From: Alphaproteobacteria bacterium
GTDB lineage: Bacteria > Pseudomonadota > Alphaproteobacteria > MPNO01
Length of the DNA stretch: 64,000 bases
Assembly (NCBI GenBank): GCA_965248835.1
Contig: CBDFLJ010000001.1
Coordinates: 1,792,001-1,856,000, forward strand
Direction: 5' to 3'
The notes beneath the pieces are model-generated. The model was not told where the DNA came from and did not search any database. It worked only from the letters and a program-made list of their open reading frames with translations. Below, in pieces: positions 42,741 to 52,647 of this stretch. Every line of letters begins with the position of its first letter. The stretch's first letter is position 1. The position numbers and the translations under genes are program-made.

Positions 42741-44045
42741 TCATGGGCGATAGTGGCGCGCCAAACCCTGCCAGCAGTCCGGGTAGTCGTTCTGGCGCGC
42801 TCCGGTCTCCAGCGCGAAGCGGCTCGGCCGGCAGACATAGCGGGTCTCGAACATGAAGGCCAAGGTGTCGGCCAGGAACCGCGGCGCGAGATCGGCGGCC
42901 ACCGCGCTGGCGTGGGACTGGGTATCCGGCCCGTGCGGGGTCAGCGCGTTGTGGAGGCTCGCCCCGCCCGGCACGAACCCCTCGGCTTTGGCGTCGTACT
43001 GGCCCAGCACCAGGCCCATGAACTCGCTCATCACGTTGCGGTGGAACCAGGGCGGGCGGAAGGTGTCCTCGGCCACCACCCAGCGCGGCGGGAAGATTAC
43101 GAAATCCACGTTCGCGGTCCCGGCCAGGTCCGAGGGTGAGGTGAGCACGGTGTAGATCGACGGGTCGGGATGGTCGAAGCTGATCGAGCCGATGACGTTG
43201 AACCGCGCGAGGTCGTACCTGTAGGGCGCGAGGTTGCCGTGCCAGGCGACCACGTCGGTCGGCGCGTGGCCGATCGGGGCGGCCCACAGCTTGCCCTGGT
43301 ACTTGGTGACCAGCTCGAAGTCGCCTTCGCGGTCCTCGAAGCGGGCCTCGGGCACCTCGAAATCCCGCGGGTTGGCGAGCCCGTTGGCGCCGATCGGGCC
43401 GCGCTCGGGCGGCCGCAGGGCCTGGCCGTAGTTCTCGCACACATAGCCGCGCGCGGTGCCGTCGGGCAGCGCGATGCGCAGGCGGATGCCGCGCGGGATG
43501 ACCGCGATCTCGCCGGGCGAAACCACCATCGCGCCGAGCTCGGTGACCACGCCGAGCCGGCCCGATTCCGGGACGATCAGCATCTCGCCGTCGGCGTTGG
43601 CGAAGAACCGTTCCTGCATCGAAACGTTGGCGCGGTAGATGTGCGCCGCCATCCCGGCCTGCATTGCCGCATCGCCCGCCGCGGCCATCGTGACCAACCC
43701 GTCGATGAAATCGGTGTCCTCCTCCGGCATCGCAAGCGGGTCCCAGCGCAACTGTTCGGGCGGGCAATCGGCTTCGGTGAGCGGCGCGGTGCGCAGCAAC
43801 CCGTTGTCGATGCGCGAGAACCGGCCCTGTCTGACCGAAGGGCGGATGCGGTAGACCCAGGTCCGCAGGGTCTCCGCGCGCGGGGCGGTGAACGCGGTGC
43901 CGCTCAACTGTTCGGCATAGAGCCCAAAGGCGACCTTCTGGGGCGAGTTGCGGCCGCGCGGAAGCGCTCCCGGCACCGCCTCGGTCGCGAACTCGTTGCC
44001 GAAGCCGGTCATGTAGCGAAGCTCGGTCGCCGCCAGCGTATCCAT
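42741..44045 (-). CDS. hmgA: Homogentisate 1,2-dioxygenase
   Basis: [57 protein letters not shown]. Confidence 0.97.
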   Translation of the reverse strand: MDTLAATELRYMTGFGNEFATEAVPGALPRGRNSPQKVAFGLYAEQLSGTAFTAPRAETLRTWVYRIRPSVRQGRFSRIDNGLLRTAPLTEADCPPEQLRWDPLAMPEEDTDFIDGLVTMAAAGDAAMQAGMAAHIYRANVSMQERFFANADGEMLIVPESGRLGVVTELGAMVVSPGEIAVIPRGIRLRIALPDGTARGYVCENYGQALRPPERGPIGANGLANPRDFEVPEARFEDREGDFELVTKYQGKLWAAPIGHAPTDVVAWHGNLAPYRYDLARFNVIGSISFDHPDPSIYTVLTSPSDLAGTANVDFVIFPPRWVVAEDTFRPPWFHRNVMSEFMGLVLGQYDAKAEGFVPGGASLHNALTPHGPDTQSHASAVAADLAPRFLADTLAFMFETRYVCRPSRFALETGARQNDYPDCWQGLARHYRP

Positions 44046-44192
44046 GTCTTGCCTCCCGATCGGACGGGTCGTGCTGGGCCGGATTATGCGGCCGGTGCGC
44101 CGGCGATCTCAAGCGCATCGGTTGGCGGCGCTGTTGCCAAACCCGCGGCGCTGGGTTGAAATCGACGCGATCGGACCTCAAGCCCCCGGAGC

Positions 44193-45215
44193 ATGGCCAT
44201 GTATCTGCGCAATCAATGGTATGTCGCCGCGCGCGCCAGCGAGGTCGGCAGGACGCCGATGCAGCGCTGGTTGCTCGACGAGCCCTGTGTGCTCTACCGC
44301 ACCGAGGCGGGCGCGCCGGTCGTGCTCGACGACCGCTGCCCGCACCGGCGCTATGCGCTATCCAAGGGGCGGCTGGTGGGCGATGTGCTGCAGTGCGGCT
44401 ATCACGGGCTTTCCTTCGCGCCCGACGGCGCGTGCGTGGGCATTCCCGGCCAGGAAAGGATCCCGCCGCAGATCCGCGCGCGGACGCTGCCGGCGGTCGA
44501 GCGCCACCGCTGGATCTGGGTCTGGCCGGGAGATCCGGACCAGGCCGACCCGCGCGAGATCCCCGATTTCCACTGGATGGACAAGCCGGGCTGGACCTGT
44601 TCGGACGATTACCGCCAGATCGGCTGCCATTACCGTCTTCTGGTCGACAACCTGCTCGATCTCACCCACGAAACCTTCGTGCACACCGCGACCATCGGTC
44701 ATGCCGAACTGGCCAAAGCGCCGATCGAGGCCAGGCGCGATGACGACCTGATCCGCATCGACCGGATCGTCCAGGACTGCACCCCACCGCCCTTGTTCAC
44801 CAAGGCCGTGGGGTTCGATGGCAACATCGACCGCTACCAGCTCATCCGCCACCAGGCGCCGTCTTTCATCTGGATCGATGCGCGGGCGATTGCGACCGGC
44901 TCGAACGATCTCGATAGCGGCCTGCGCTGGGAGGTGCTGAACGCGATCACCCCGGCGACTCCGGATGCGACCCACTACTTCTGGGGCCTGTCGCGCCACT
45001 TCCACCAGGACGACGAGGACCTGACCCGCGTGCTCCATGAAGCGGTCGAGCGGACCTTCGACGAGGACACCGAGGTGCTGGAGACCCAGCACCGGATGAT
45101 GAAATCCGACCCGCCGGACCATCCGATGGTCCATGTCGATGCCGACCGCGGCGTCGTGCTCGCCCGCCGTCTGCTGGACGAGCGGCTCGCGGCAGAGCAG
45201 GCTGGAGGGGCGTGA
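44193..45215 (+). CDS. Rieske non-heme iron oxygenase alpha subunit (VanA-like)
   Basis: Rieske site CPHR...CGYHG; mononuclear Fe site DNLLDLTHETFVH; FDED. Confidence 0.92.
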   Translation: MAMYLRNQWYVAARASEVGRTPMQRWLLDEPCVLYRTEAGAPVVLDDRCPHRRYALSKGRLVGDVLQCGYHGLSFAPDGACVGIPGQERIPPQIRARTLPAVERHRWIWVWPGDPDQADPREIPDFHWMDKPGWTCSDDYRQIGCHYRLLVDNLLDLTHETFVHTATIGHAELAKAPIEARRDDDLIRIDRIVQDCTPPPLFTKAVGFDGNIDRYQLIRHQAPSFIWIDARAIATGSNDLDSGLRWEVLNAITPATPDATHYFWGLSRHFHQDDEDLTRVLHEAVERTFDEDTEVLETQHRMMKSDPPDHPMVHVDADRGVVLARRLLDERLAAEQAGGA

Positions 45216-45688
45216 GCCGGTTCGTCCTGCGGATCAACGGCGCCCGTCGCGAGGTCGATGCCGACCCGGCGAGCCCGCTGATCTACGTGCTGCGCAACCA
45301 GCTCGGTCTCATGGGCGCCAAGCTCGGCTGCGGGCTCGAGCAATGCGGCGCCTGTGTGGTGCTGGTCGACGGCGCGCCGGTGCTGAGCTGCGTGCGCGCG
45401 GTCTCCGAGTTCGTCGGATCGGAGATCCGCACCGTCGAAGGCCTCGCCGCCGATGCCCGCGGACGCGCCGTGCAACGGGCCTTCATCGAAGAGAACGCCG
45501 CGCAATGCGGCTATTGCACGCCGGGACTCGTGATCGCGGTCACGGCGCTCCTGAGCCGCAACCCGGCGCCCGGGAACGCCGAGATCCGCGTGGCGTTGAA
45601 CGATCATCTCTGCCGTTGCGGCTCCCATCCGCGGGTGCTTGCGGCGATCGACCGGCTGGTCCGGGAGGGGGCGGGCGATAGCGTCTAA
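45212..45688 (+). CDS. Molybdenum hydroxylase small 2x[2Fe-2S] subunit (CoxS/IorA/NicA-like)
   Basis: GCGLEQCGAC, QCGYCTPG, LCRCG; GTGA overlap with the Rieske gene. Confidence 0.93.
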   Translation: MSRFVLRINGARREVDADPASPLIYVLRNQLGLMGAKLGCGLEQCGACVVLVDGAPVLSCVRAVSEFVGSEIRTVEGLAADARGRAVQRAFIEENAAQCGYCTPGLVIAVTALLSRNPAPGNAEIRVALNDHLCRCGSHPRVLAAIDRLVREGAGDSV

Positions 45689-47831
45689 CCCAAGCCTCGC
45701 CCGGCATCCCGACCTCGACGACTGGCTGTCGATCGGCGCCGACGGGCGCGTGAGGCTGCGCAGCGGCAAGGTCGATATCGGCCAGCGGATTTCCACCGCG
45801 CTCGCCTTGCTGGTCGCGGACGAGCTCGACGTTGCGCCTGCGCGCATCGATGTCGCGCGCGCCGAGACCGGCCTCTCGCCCGATGAAGGCATCACCTCGG
45901 GCAGCCAGTCGATGGTGGACTCCGGCACCGCGGTGCGTCTGGCCGCGGCGACCGCACGCCGTCACCTGCTCGCCTGTGCCGCGTTTGTGCTCGACGTGGA
46001 CCCCGCGACGCTGGAGGTCGCCGACGGCCAAGTCCGCTCGCGCGCAACCAACCGCACTACGACCTACTGGGAGCTGGCCGGCGGCAAGCCGTTCGGCATC
46101 CCGGTCGATGTCGGAGCCGCGGTGAAGGCGCCTGCCGACCTGCGTCATGTCGGGCGGCCCGTCATCGCCCGGTCCATGGAAGAGATCGTCACCGGCAAGC
46201 CCTATTTCGTTCAGGACATGACGCTGCCCGGCATGATCCATGCGCGCGTCGTCCGCCCGCCGCACTACCATGCGCGGCTGCGCGGACTCGACGAGGCGGT
46301 CCTCGGCCGGCTCGTCGAGGACGGTATCCGCATCGTGCGTGACGGCAGCTTCCTGGCGGTCGCGGCAAGCGAGGAATTCGCCGCCGTCCGGGCCGTCGAG
46401 CGCATCGCCCCGGCCGTCGACTGGGACCTCGGTGACGGGCTCAATGCCCAGGACGTCTTCGAGCGTCTGACCCGCAATGCGCGCGTCAGCCTGCCGGTCC
46501 GCGGCGGCGTGCCGCAGGACGCGCTCGTGCCCGACCCCGAGCCGACCCCGACCGAGGCGGTTGCCACGCTCGCTGCGCGGTTCGAGCGCCCCTATCAGAT
46601 GCACGGATCGATCGGCCCGTCGGCGGCGCTTGCGCTGTTCACGGACGACCGCCTGTCGGTCTGGACCCACAGCCAGGGGATCTATGTGCTGCGGGCGAGC
46701 ATGGCCGAAGCGCTGGGGATGGAACCCGAGGCGTTGCGCATCACTCATGTGCCCGGCGCCGGCTGTTACGGGCACAACGGCGCAGACGACGCGGCAGTCG
46801 ATGCCGCGCTGATCGCCCGCGCGCTGCCCGGGACACCGGTGCTGCTCAAGTGGTCGCGCGCCGACGAGCATGGCTGGGAGCCCTACGGCTCGTGCATGGT
46901 CATGGCGCTGAGCGCGAGCGTTGACGCTGAAGGGCGGGTCATCGCGTGGTCCCACGAAACCTTCAGCGACACCTACAGCATGCGGCCCCGGCCCGGTCCC
47001 GACGGGATCGGTCCCGCACGGCTGCTGGCAATGCGGCATGTTGCCGAAGCCTTCCCGGCACCGCTCCCGCAGCCGGCGATGGCCCGCCACATGGGTATCC
47101 ACCGCAACCTTGAGCCGCTCTACACGTTTCCCCGGCCACGGCTGGTCAAGCACCTGGTCCGCGGCCTGCCGCTGCGCACCTCGGCGCTGCGCGGGCTCGG
47201 CGCCTATGCCAACGTCTTCGCGATCGAGTCCTTCATGGACGAGCTCGCGCTGGCCGCCGGGAAGGACCGGGTGAGCTTCCGGATGGATCATCTCGACAAC
47301 GAGCGGGCACGGGCGGTGCTCGCGGCGGTGGGCGAGCGGCTGCGTCCGATGACGGCAGGCATCGGCGCCGGCCCCGGCAGCGGTCTTGCCTTCGCCCAAT
47401 ACAAGAACATCGCAGCCTATGCCGCGGTCGGCATCGAGCTCGAGGTCACCGAGGCGGCGGAGATCAGGTTGCAGCGCGCCGTGATCGCCGCCGACGCCGG
47501 CCATGTCGTCGACCCGAACGGCCTGACCGCGCAACTCGAAGGCGGGCTGATCCAGGCCGCGAGCTGGACGCTGCACGAGGCGGTGAGGTTCGACCGGACC
47601 GGGATCACCAGCCGGGATTGGGAGACCTATCCGATCCTGCGCTTCGACAACGTACCGGAGATCGAGACGGTGCTGGTCGACCGGCCCGGGGCGCCTTTCC
47701 TCGGCGCCGGCGAGGCGACCGCCGGTCCCACGGCGGCGGCGATCGCCAACGCCGTCAGGGACGCAACGGGTCTGTCGCTGCGCCGCTTGCCGTTTACCCC
47801 CGATGCGCTCCGCCGCGCCGCGATGGCTTGA
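45678..47831 (+). CDS. Molybdopterin-binding large subunit (IorB/NicB-like xanthine oxidase family)
   Basis: GKVDIGQ, GITSGSQS, HGSIGPS, GAGCYGHNGADD, LRGLGA..N.FAIESFMDELA, QLEGG, GAGE. Start ambiguous (ATA 45678 or TTG 45639). Confidence 0.88.
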   Translation: MASNPSLARHPDLDDWLSIGADGRVRLRSGKVDIGQRISTALALLVADELDVAPARIDVARAETGLSPDEGITSGSQSMVDSGTAVRLAAATARRHLLACAAFVLDVDPATLEVADGQVRSRATNRTTTYWELAGGKPFGIPVDVGAAVKAPADLRHVGRPVIARSMEEIVTGKPYFVQDMTLPGMIHARVVRPPHYHARLRGLDEAVLGRLVEDGIRIVRDGSFLAVAASEEFAAVRAVERIAPAVDWDLGDGLNAQDVFERLTRNARVSLPVRGGVPQDALVPDPEPTPTEAVATLAARFERPYQMHGSIGPSAALALFTDDRLSVWTHSQGIYVLRASMAEALGMEPEALRITHVPGAGCYGHNGADDAAVDAALIARALPGTPVLLKWSRADEHGWEPYGSCMVMALSASVDAEGRVIAWSHETFSDTYSMRPRPGPDGIGPARLLAMRHVAEAFPAPLPQPAMARHMGIHRNLEPLYTFPRPRLVKHLVRGLPLRTSALRGLGAYANVFAIESFMDELALAAGKDRVSFRMDHLDNERARAVLAAVGERLRPMTAGIGAGPGSGLAFAQYKNIAAYAAVGIELEVTEAAEIRLQRAVIAADAGHVVDPNGLTAQLEGGLIQAASWTLHEAVRFDRTGITSRDWETYPILRFDNVPEIETVLVDRPGAPFLGAGEATAGPTAAAIANAVRDATGLSLRRLPFTPDALRRAAMA

Positions 47832-47889
47832 GGGCTCGCCCGGCCGCGTTGGACACAGGTCCCGGGCCGCCATAGACTCGACCGGGCAG

Positions 47890-47929
47890 GAACGAGAGCC
47901 CGGCCATGAACGAGAGCCCGGCCATGAAC
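47890..47929 (+). repeat. Exact 18-bp tandem duplication spanning the RBS and start codon
   Basis: GAACGAGAGCCCGGCCAT x2 plus GAAC, giving in-frame ATGs at 47906 and 47924. Confidence 0.9.
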
Positions 47930-49372
47930 ATCCTCATCCGCAACGCTTGCGTCGTGACGATGGATCCGGGCCGCGCGGTGTTCGAGGGCGGTTTCGTCGC
48001 GATCGCCGAGGACGGCGCGATCGCAGCGGTGGGCCCCGGCGATGCCGTGCCGGACGGCGGCTACGACCGCATCGTTGATGCGACGGGCATGATCGCGACG
48101 CCCGGCCTGATCAACCTTCACCAGCACCACTGGTACAACCTGTTCAAGGGGCTGGCCGGCGGCATGCTGCTTGAGGACTGGGTCGAAAGGCTGCTTCTGC
48201 CTTGCGCCGGCCGGCTGGGTGCGGCGGATCTGCGCGCCTCGGCCGCTCTGGCCGCACTCGAGATGATCCGGACCGGGACGACCACCTGCCTCAACCACTC
48301 GGTGACGACCACCATGGAAGAGGAGGCGGCGGCGACGATCGAACCCATGGCGGAAATCGGCTTCCGCCATGTGTTCGCCAAGGATTTCCGCTGCCGGACC
48401 CCGGCCAATCCGGACCATCCGCACGATGCCGCGGCCGCCGCGGCCTATATCGGCGAACTGGTCGGGCGATGGGACGGCGCCCGCGGCGGGCTGGTGCGGT
48501 TGGCCCTTGCGATCGAATCGAACGCCCACTGGATCGCCGCCGGTATGAGCTCGGAGGCGCTGATTGCCGCCGGCCATGGCTTGGCGTGCGAGCGCGATCT
48601 GCGCATCACCAACCATGCGGCCGGCGGAACCTTGTCGGTCGAGAAGGGCTACCTCAAATACGTGCGTGCGACCGGCCGGACCGATATCGGCCATCTCATG
48701 CAGCTCGGCGTCCTCGATCCGAGGTGGCTGCTGATCCATGTCATCAACCTGACCGATTCCGACATCGAGATGATGCGGCGGTCCGGTTGCCAGGCGGTCT
48801 ACACGCCGACCAGCGAGTCGATGCGCGGCGGCGGTATCGGGCCGTGGCGCGCGCTCGACCGCGCCGGCATCACCGTAGCGCTCGGCACCGACGGGCCGAT
48901 GGTCGACTACTCGGTCGACATGGTCGAGCAGATGAAGGCGTGTCTGACCTTCCAGAACGTCAAACATCTCGACGCGGCGGCCTTCTCGCCCGAGCGGGTG
49001 CTCGAGATGGCGACCATCGATGCCGCCCGTGCGCTCGGGATGGACGGCGAGATCGGCTCGCTCGAGCCCGGCAAGCGCGCCGACCTCGTCCTGTTCGACA
49101 TGCGCGCGCCGCACCTGCACGTCATGCACAACCCGATCGCCAACCTGGTCTGCTGCGCACGCGGCGGGGATGCCCACACGGTCGTGATCGACGGGCGCAT
49201 CGTCCTGGACGGGGGCACGTTCCCCGATGTCGCCGATGTCGCGCAGATCGTTGCCGAAGCGACCGAACGGGGCCGGGCAATCGCACACGGGGCCGGCGTG
49301 CTCGACGCCGCGCGTCCGCGCTGGCCACCGCCACGGGCCGCAGCGAGCCGATGCGATCCGAGCTTGCCCTGA
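47924..49372 (+). CDS. Amidohydrolase, TRZ/ATZ - MTA/SAH deaminase-like family
   Basis: PGLINLHQH, GTTT, LIH, ALGTDG, IGSLEPGKRAD. Confidence 0.85.
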   Translation: MNILIRNACVVTMDPGRAVFEGGFVAIAEDGAIAAVGPGDAVPDGGYDRIVDATGMIATPGLINLHQHHWYNLFKGLAGGMLLEDWVERLLLPCAGRLGAADLRASAALAALEMIRTGTTTCLNHSVTTTMEEEAAATIEPMAEIGFRHVFAKDFRCRTPANPDHPHDAAAAAAYIGELVGRWDGARGGLVRLALAIESNAHWIAAGMSSEALIAAGHGLACERDLRITNHAAGGTLSVEKGYLKYVRATGRTDIGHLMQLGVLDPRWLLIHVINLTDSDIEMMRRSGCQAVYTPTSESMRGGGIGPWRALDRAGITVALGTDGPMVDYSVDMVEQMKACLTFQNVKHLDAAAFSPERVLEMATIDAARALGMDGEIGSLEPGKRADLVLFDMRAPHLHVMHNPIANLVCCARGGDAHTVVIDGRIVLDGGTFPDVADVAQIVAEATERGRAIAHGAGVLDAARPRWPPPRAAASRCDPSLP

Positions 49373-50323
49373 TCAGGACCCGGCGAGGTGCGGGAACAGG
49401 GCCAGCGCGTTGCCGCGCTCGATGCCGGCGAGATCGGCGGCGGGCAGGCCGAGGTCGATGAGGCCCTTGACGGTCGCGGTCATCGTGGCCTCGGGCGCGA
49501 ACGGGTAGTCGCTGCCAAACAGGACGTGGCCGGAGCCGACCAACTCGAGCAGGCTGCCGAAGATGAACCGGTTGGCCGACAGCGCGGTGTCGAAATAGAG
49601 CCGGGCGAGCTCGGGGATCACGCCGTTGGGGACCGCGTCCTTGAAGCCCGGCCGGGCGGCCAGCCGGGCGATCCGCTCGGCCAGGAACGGGACGGTGCCG
49701 CCGGCGTGCGAGAAGATGAACCGGATGTCCGGGCAGCGCGCGAACGTGCCGCCATAGAGCAGGCTCACGATCGCCCGCGTGGTATCGAACGGGAATTCGA
49801 GCGTTGCCGCTGGAATTTCGGGCAGGCACTGGCTGCATGGCGCCTGGGTGGGGTGGAAGTAGACGACGGCACGCCGCCGGTTGAGCTCGTCGAACACCGG
49901 CGCAAAGGCGGCATCGCCGGGGTACTGGTCGCCGTAGCTGGTCAACAGGCCGATGCCGTCGGCGTCCAGCGTGTCCAATGCATGGGCGATCTCGGCCAGG
50001 CTCGCCTCGACATCGGGCAGCGGCAGGCCGGCGAAGACGCCGAACCGGCCCGGATGGCGCTTGCGGATCTCGGCCGCGTATTCGTTGGAATGCCGGCACA
50101 GCGCGATCGTCTCTTCGGTGCTGCCGAACCAGAACCCGGGTGCCGAGATCGAGGTGATCGCGGTCGCGATGCCGTTGCGGTCCATCGCCTCGATCGACAT
50201 TTCGGGCGTCCATTCCGGCGTCCTGCCCGACAGGATCAGCGGCCCGATCCGCTCGTCGCCGACGATATCGACGTAATCCGGCGGCAGGATGTGGTGGTGG
50301 ACGTCGATCCGGTGGGCCTGCAT
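49373..50323 (-). CDS. Amidohydrolase_2 family protein (6-methylsalicylate decarboxylase/ACMSD-like)
   Basis: IDVHHH, YFHP, EFPFDTTRA, SHAGG, FDTA, FGSDYPF. ATG 50323. Confidence 0.88.
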   Translation of the reverse strand: MQAHRIDVHHHILPPDYVDIVGDERIGPLILSGRTPEWTPEMSIEAMDRNGIATAITSISAPGFWFGSTEETIALCRHSNEYAAEIRKRHPGRFGVFAGLPLPDVEASLAEIAHALDTLDADGIGLLTSYGDQYPGDAAFAPVFDELNRRRAVVYFHPTQAPCSQCLPEIPAATLEFPFDTTRAIVSLLYGGTFARCPDIRFIFSHAGGTVPFLAERIARLAARPGFKDAVPNGVIPELARLYFDTALSANRFIFGSLLELVGSGHVLFGSDYPFAPEATMTATVKGLIDLGLPAADLAGIERGNALALFPHLAGS

Positions 50324-50349
50324 CGGCAATTCCTTTCCTGTGTCGGGTT

Positions 50350-51255
50350 TCAGCCCGGCCTTCGCGCCGCCTTGGCTTCGATCCGGGCGATATAGCTGGT
50401 GCTGGCGATGATGATCAGGGCGCCCAGAATGGTCCAGACATCGGGGGTCTCGCCGAAGACCAGAAGGCCGAGGACGGCGGCATAGACCAGACGGCTGTAT
50501 TCCATCGGCCCGATCACGCTCGCCTCGGCGACGGCGAAGCCGTGCACGAAGGCGATCATGCCGAGTGTCGTCAGCAGCCCGATGCCTGCGGCCATCGCCC
50601 ACTCCAGCCCCACCGGTGAGCGCCAGACCAGGATGGCCGGGACCACAAAAACCAGCACGCCGCCGATGTGATAGTAGAACAGGATCCGAGTTGCCGGCTC
50701 GGTGCTCGACAGCATCTTTATCATCACGTTGGCGACCGCAAACGACATCGCCGCGCCGATCGCGACCACGGCGATCGGATCCATCCCTTCCGGGCCCGGG
50801 CGCAGCATCACGATCACACCAACGAACCCGAAGCCTGTCGCCCACCAGCGCTGGCGGGTCACCAGCTCGCGCAGCAGCACGATGGCGACGATGGTGGTGA
50901 ACACGATCCGCGAGAAGGACAGCGCGGTCGCGCTCGCCAAGGGCAGGTTGATCACCGCTATGAGCGTGCCGACCTGGGCGATCGAGGCGATGACCAACCT
51001 CGTTGCGTGCATGCCAAGCCGCCGGGTCTTGAGCCCGGCAAGGCCGGCGCGCCAGAACAGCGGCGCCAGGATGACCACGCCCACCAGATAACGGAACAGC
51101 GCGAGCTCCAGGGCATCGAGCGTTCGGCCCAGCGTCTTGATGAACACGTCGTTGAGGGCGAACGCGATACTGCCCAGCGTGATCCAGATGATGCCGCGCA
51201 GGTTGGGCGACAGCCCGCGCCAGGGCGCGAGCAGCGGCTCCAGGCGATGGATCAA
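50350..51255 (-). CDS. DMT/EamA family transporter
   Basis: About 10 TM segments, LLRE.V..RW, GFVGVI.MLRPG, PMEY, FGETPD. TTG start overlaps the upstream TGA. Confidence 0.88.
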   Translation of the reverse strand: MIHRLEPLLAPWRGLSPNLRGIIWITLGSIAFALNDVFIKTLGRTLDALELALFRYLVGVVILAPLFWRAGLAGLKTRRLGMHATRLVIASIAQVGTLIAVINLPLASATALSFSRIVFTTIVAIVLLRELVTRQRWWATGFGFVGVIVMLRPGPEGMDPIAVVAIGAAMSFAVANVMIKMLSSTEPATRILFYYHIGGVLVFVVPAILVWRSPVGLEWAMAAGIGLLTTLGMIAFVHGFAVAEASVIGPMEYSRLVYAAVLGLLVFGETPDVWTILGALIIIASTSYIARIEAKAARRPG

Positions 51256-51851
51256 TCGCTCAATGACGCCGGCACCCGCCCGGCAAGCTCGGCGTTGAAG
51301 GCGGCGTAAGCGCGAAACCCGGGCGCGGCGCGGCACATGGCCTCGGTCTCGCTGATCAGCGCCTCGTCGGACTTGGTGAAGTCGATCGGTTTCAGGAACG
51401 GCTGGGTGATGTACCACGGCGTGTCGGCGAAGAACTCCAGCGCGTTGCCCTCCGGATCGGTGGTGTACATCGCCCAGCACACGCCGTGGGTGACGGTGTC
51501 GACCGCGCGCCCGGACTCCGCGCCCAGCCGGTCGTGCATCCGGCGCAGTTCGGCGAGCGAGGCCAGTCGGAACGACAGGTGGTGCAGCACCGGGCCGACC
51601 CCCGGCATGTACCGGTTGGCGGGCAGGTCGCCGTCCGGCTTGCCGTCGACCAGAAACACCTGGTGATGCTCTTCGGGGTCCAGCGTCATGAAGGCCATCG
51701 TCGCACCCGAGCCGGTCATCCCCTTGTCGGTCAGCGCGAAGCCCAGCACGCGGGTGTAGAAATCCTGCATCATCTCTAGGTCGGAGACGACCAGTCCCAG
51801 ATGGCTGAACTTCATCCGCGGCGGCCCGTCGGTGGTCCTGGTTGTGCTCAT
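51252..51851 (-). CDS. VOC family protein (single-domain glyoxalase/dioxygenase-like)
   Basis: FSHLGL, FYTRVLGF, EHHQ, LHHLSF, HG, Y..DPEGNALE. Confidence 0.85.
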   Translation of the reverse strand: MSTTRTTDGPPRMKFSHLGLVVSDLEMMQDFYTRVLGFALTDKGMTGSGATMAFMTLDPEEHHQVFLVDGKPDGDLPANRYMPGVGPVLHHLSFRLASLAELRRMHDRLGAESGRAVDTVTHGVCWAMYTTDPEGNALEFFADTPWYITQPFLKPIDFTKSDEALISETEAMCRAAPGFRAYAAFNAELAGRVPASLSD

Positions 51852-52089
51852 CCGATCCCTCCCGATCCGGTCGTTCGATTCCGGCGCGCGGTCATTATCG
51901 GTCATTATATAGTCCCGCGCGGCCCCGCGGGCCTATCCGGTAGAGTCCGTGACCGAGCCGTCCGCGGCAATCCCGCGATCCCGGCGCCGCGCACGACATG
52001 GATGCCGGCGGGTCGAGCATGGAGGCGGCGCACCGCAGCCCCTATGCTCGAGCGCATCCGATCCGCAACCAGGCCCGAAGGAGCCGCCG

Positions 52090-52638
52090 ATGTCCCGTCA
52101 CCTACCCGTCACCCCGGAGTCCATGACCGACGCGCAGAAGGCGGTCCACGATGCGATCGCGGGCGGCCCGCGCGGCCACGTCCGCGGGCCGTTCCCGGTG
52201 CTTCTGCACAGCCCAAGCATCGCCGATCACGTCCAGAAGCTCGGCGCATACATCCGCTTCGAGTCCAAGCTGCCGGACAGGCTGCGCGAGCTCGCGGTCC
52301 TGGTCACCTCGCGGTTCTGGCGGGCCGAGTTCGAATGGTTCGCCCATCACAAGCTGGCCCGCGAGGCCGGGATTTCGGCCGCGGCGATCGAGGCGATCCG
52401 CACCGGCGGCCGGCCGAGCTTCGAGGATCCGGCCGAGGAGGCGGTCTACAGCTTCTGCACCGCGCTGCACGAGGACCATCAGGTCGATGACCGGACCTAT
52501 GGCCGGGTCCAGGAGCTGCTGGGCCAGGAGGTGTTGACCGACCTGGTGGCGATGTCCGGCTACTACACGATGCTGGCGATGACGCTCAACGCCTATCAAG
52601 TGCCGCTGCCCGACGGCTCCAGGGCATTCGATGACTGA
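52090..52638 (+). CDS. Carboxymuconolactone decarboxylase (CMD/AhpD-like) family protein
   Basis: GPRG..RGPF, LRELAVL, FEWFAH, EAG, GYY..LA..LN. Confidence 0.88.
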   Translation: MSRHLPVTPESMTDAQKAVHDAIAGGPRGHVRGPFPVLLHSPSIADHVQKLGAYIRFESKLPDRLRELAVLVTSRFWRAEFEWFAHHKLAREAGISAAAIEAIRTGGRPSFEDPAEEAVYSFCTALHEDHQVDDRTYGRVQELLGQEVLTDLVAMSGYYTMLAMTLNAYQVPLPDGSRAFDD

Positions 52639-52647
52639 GCGGCCCGC

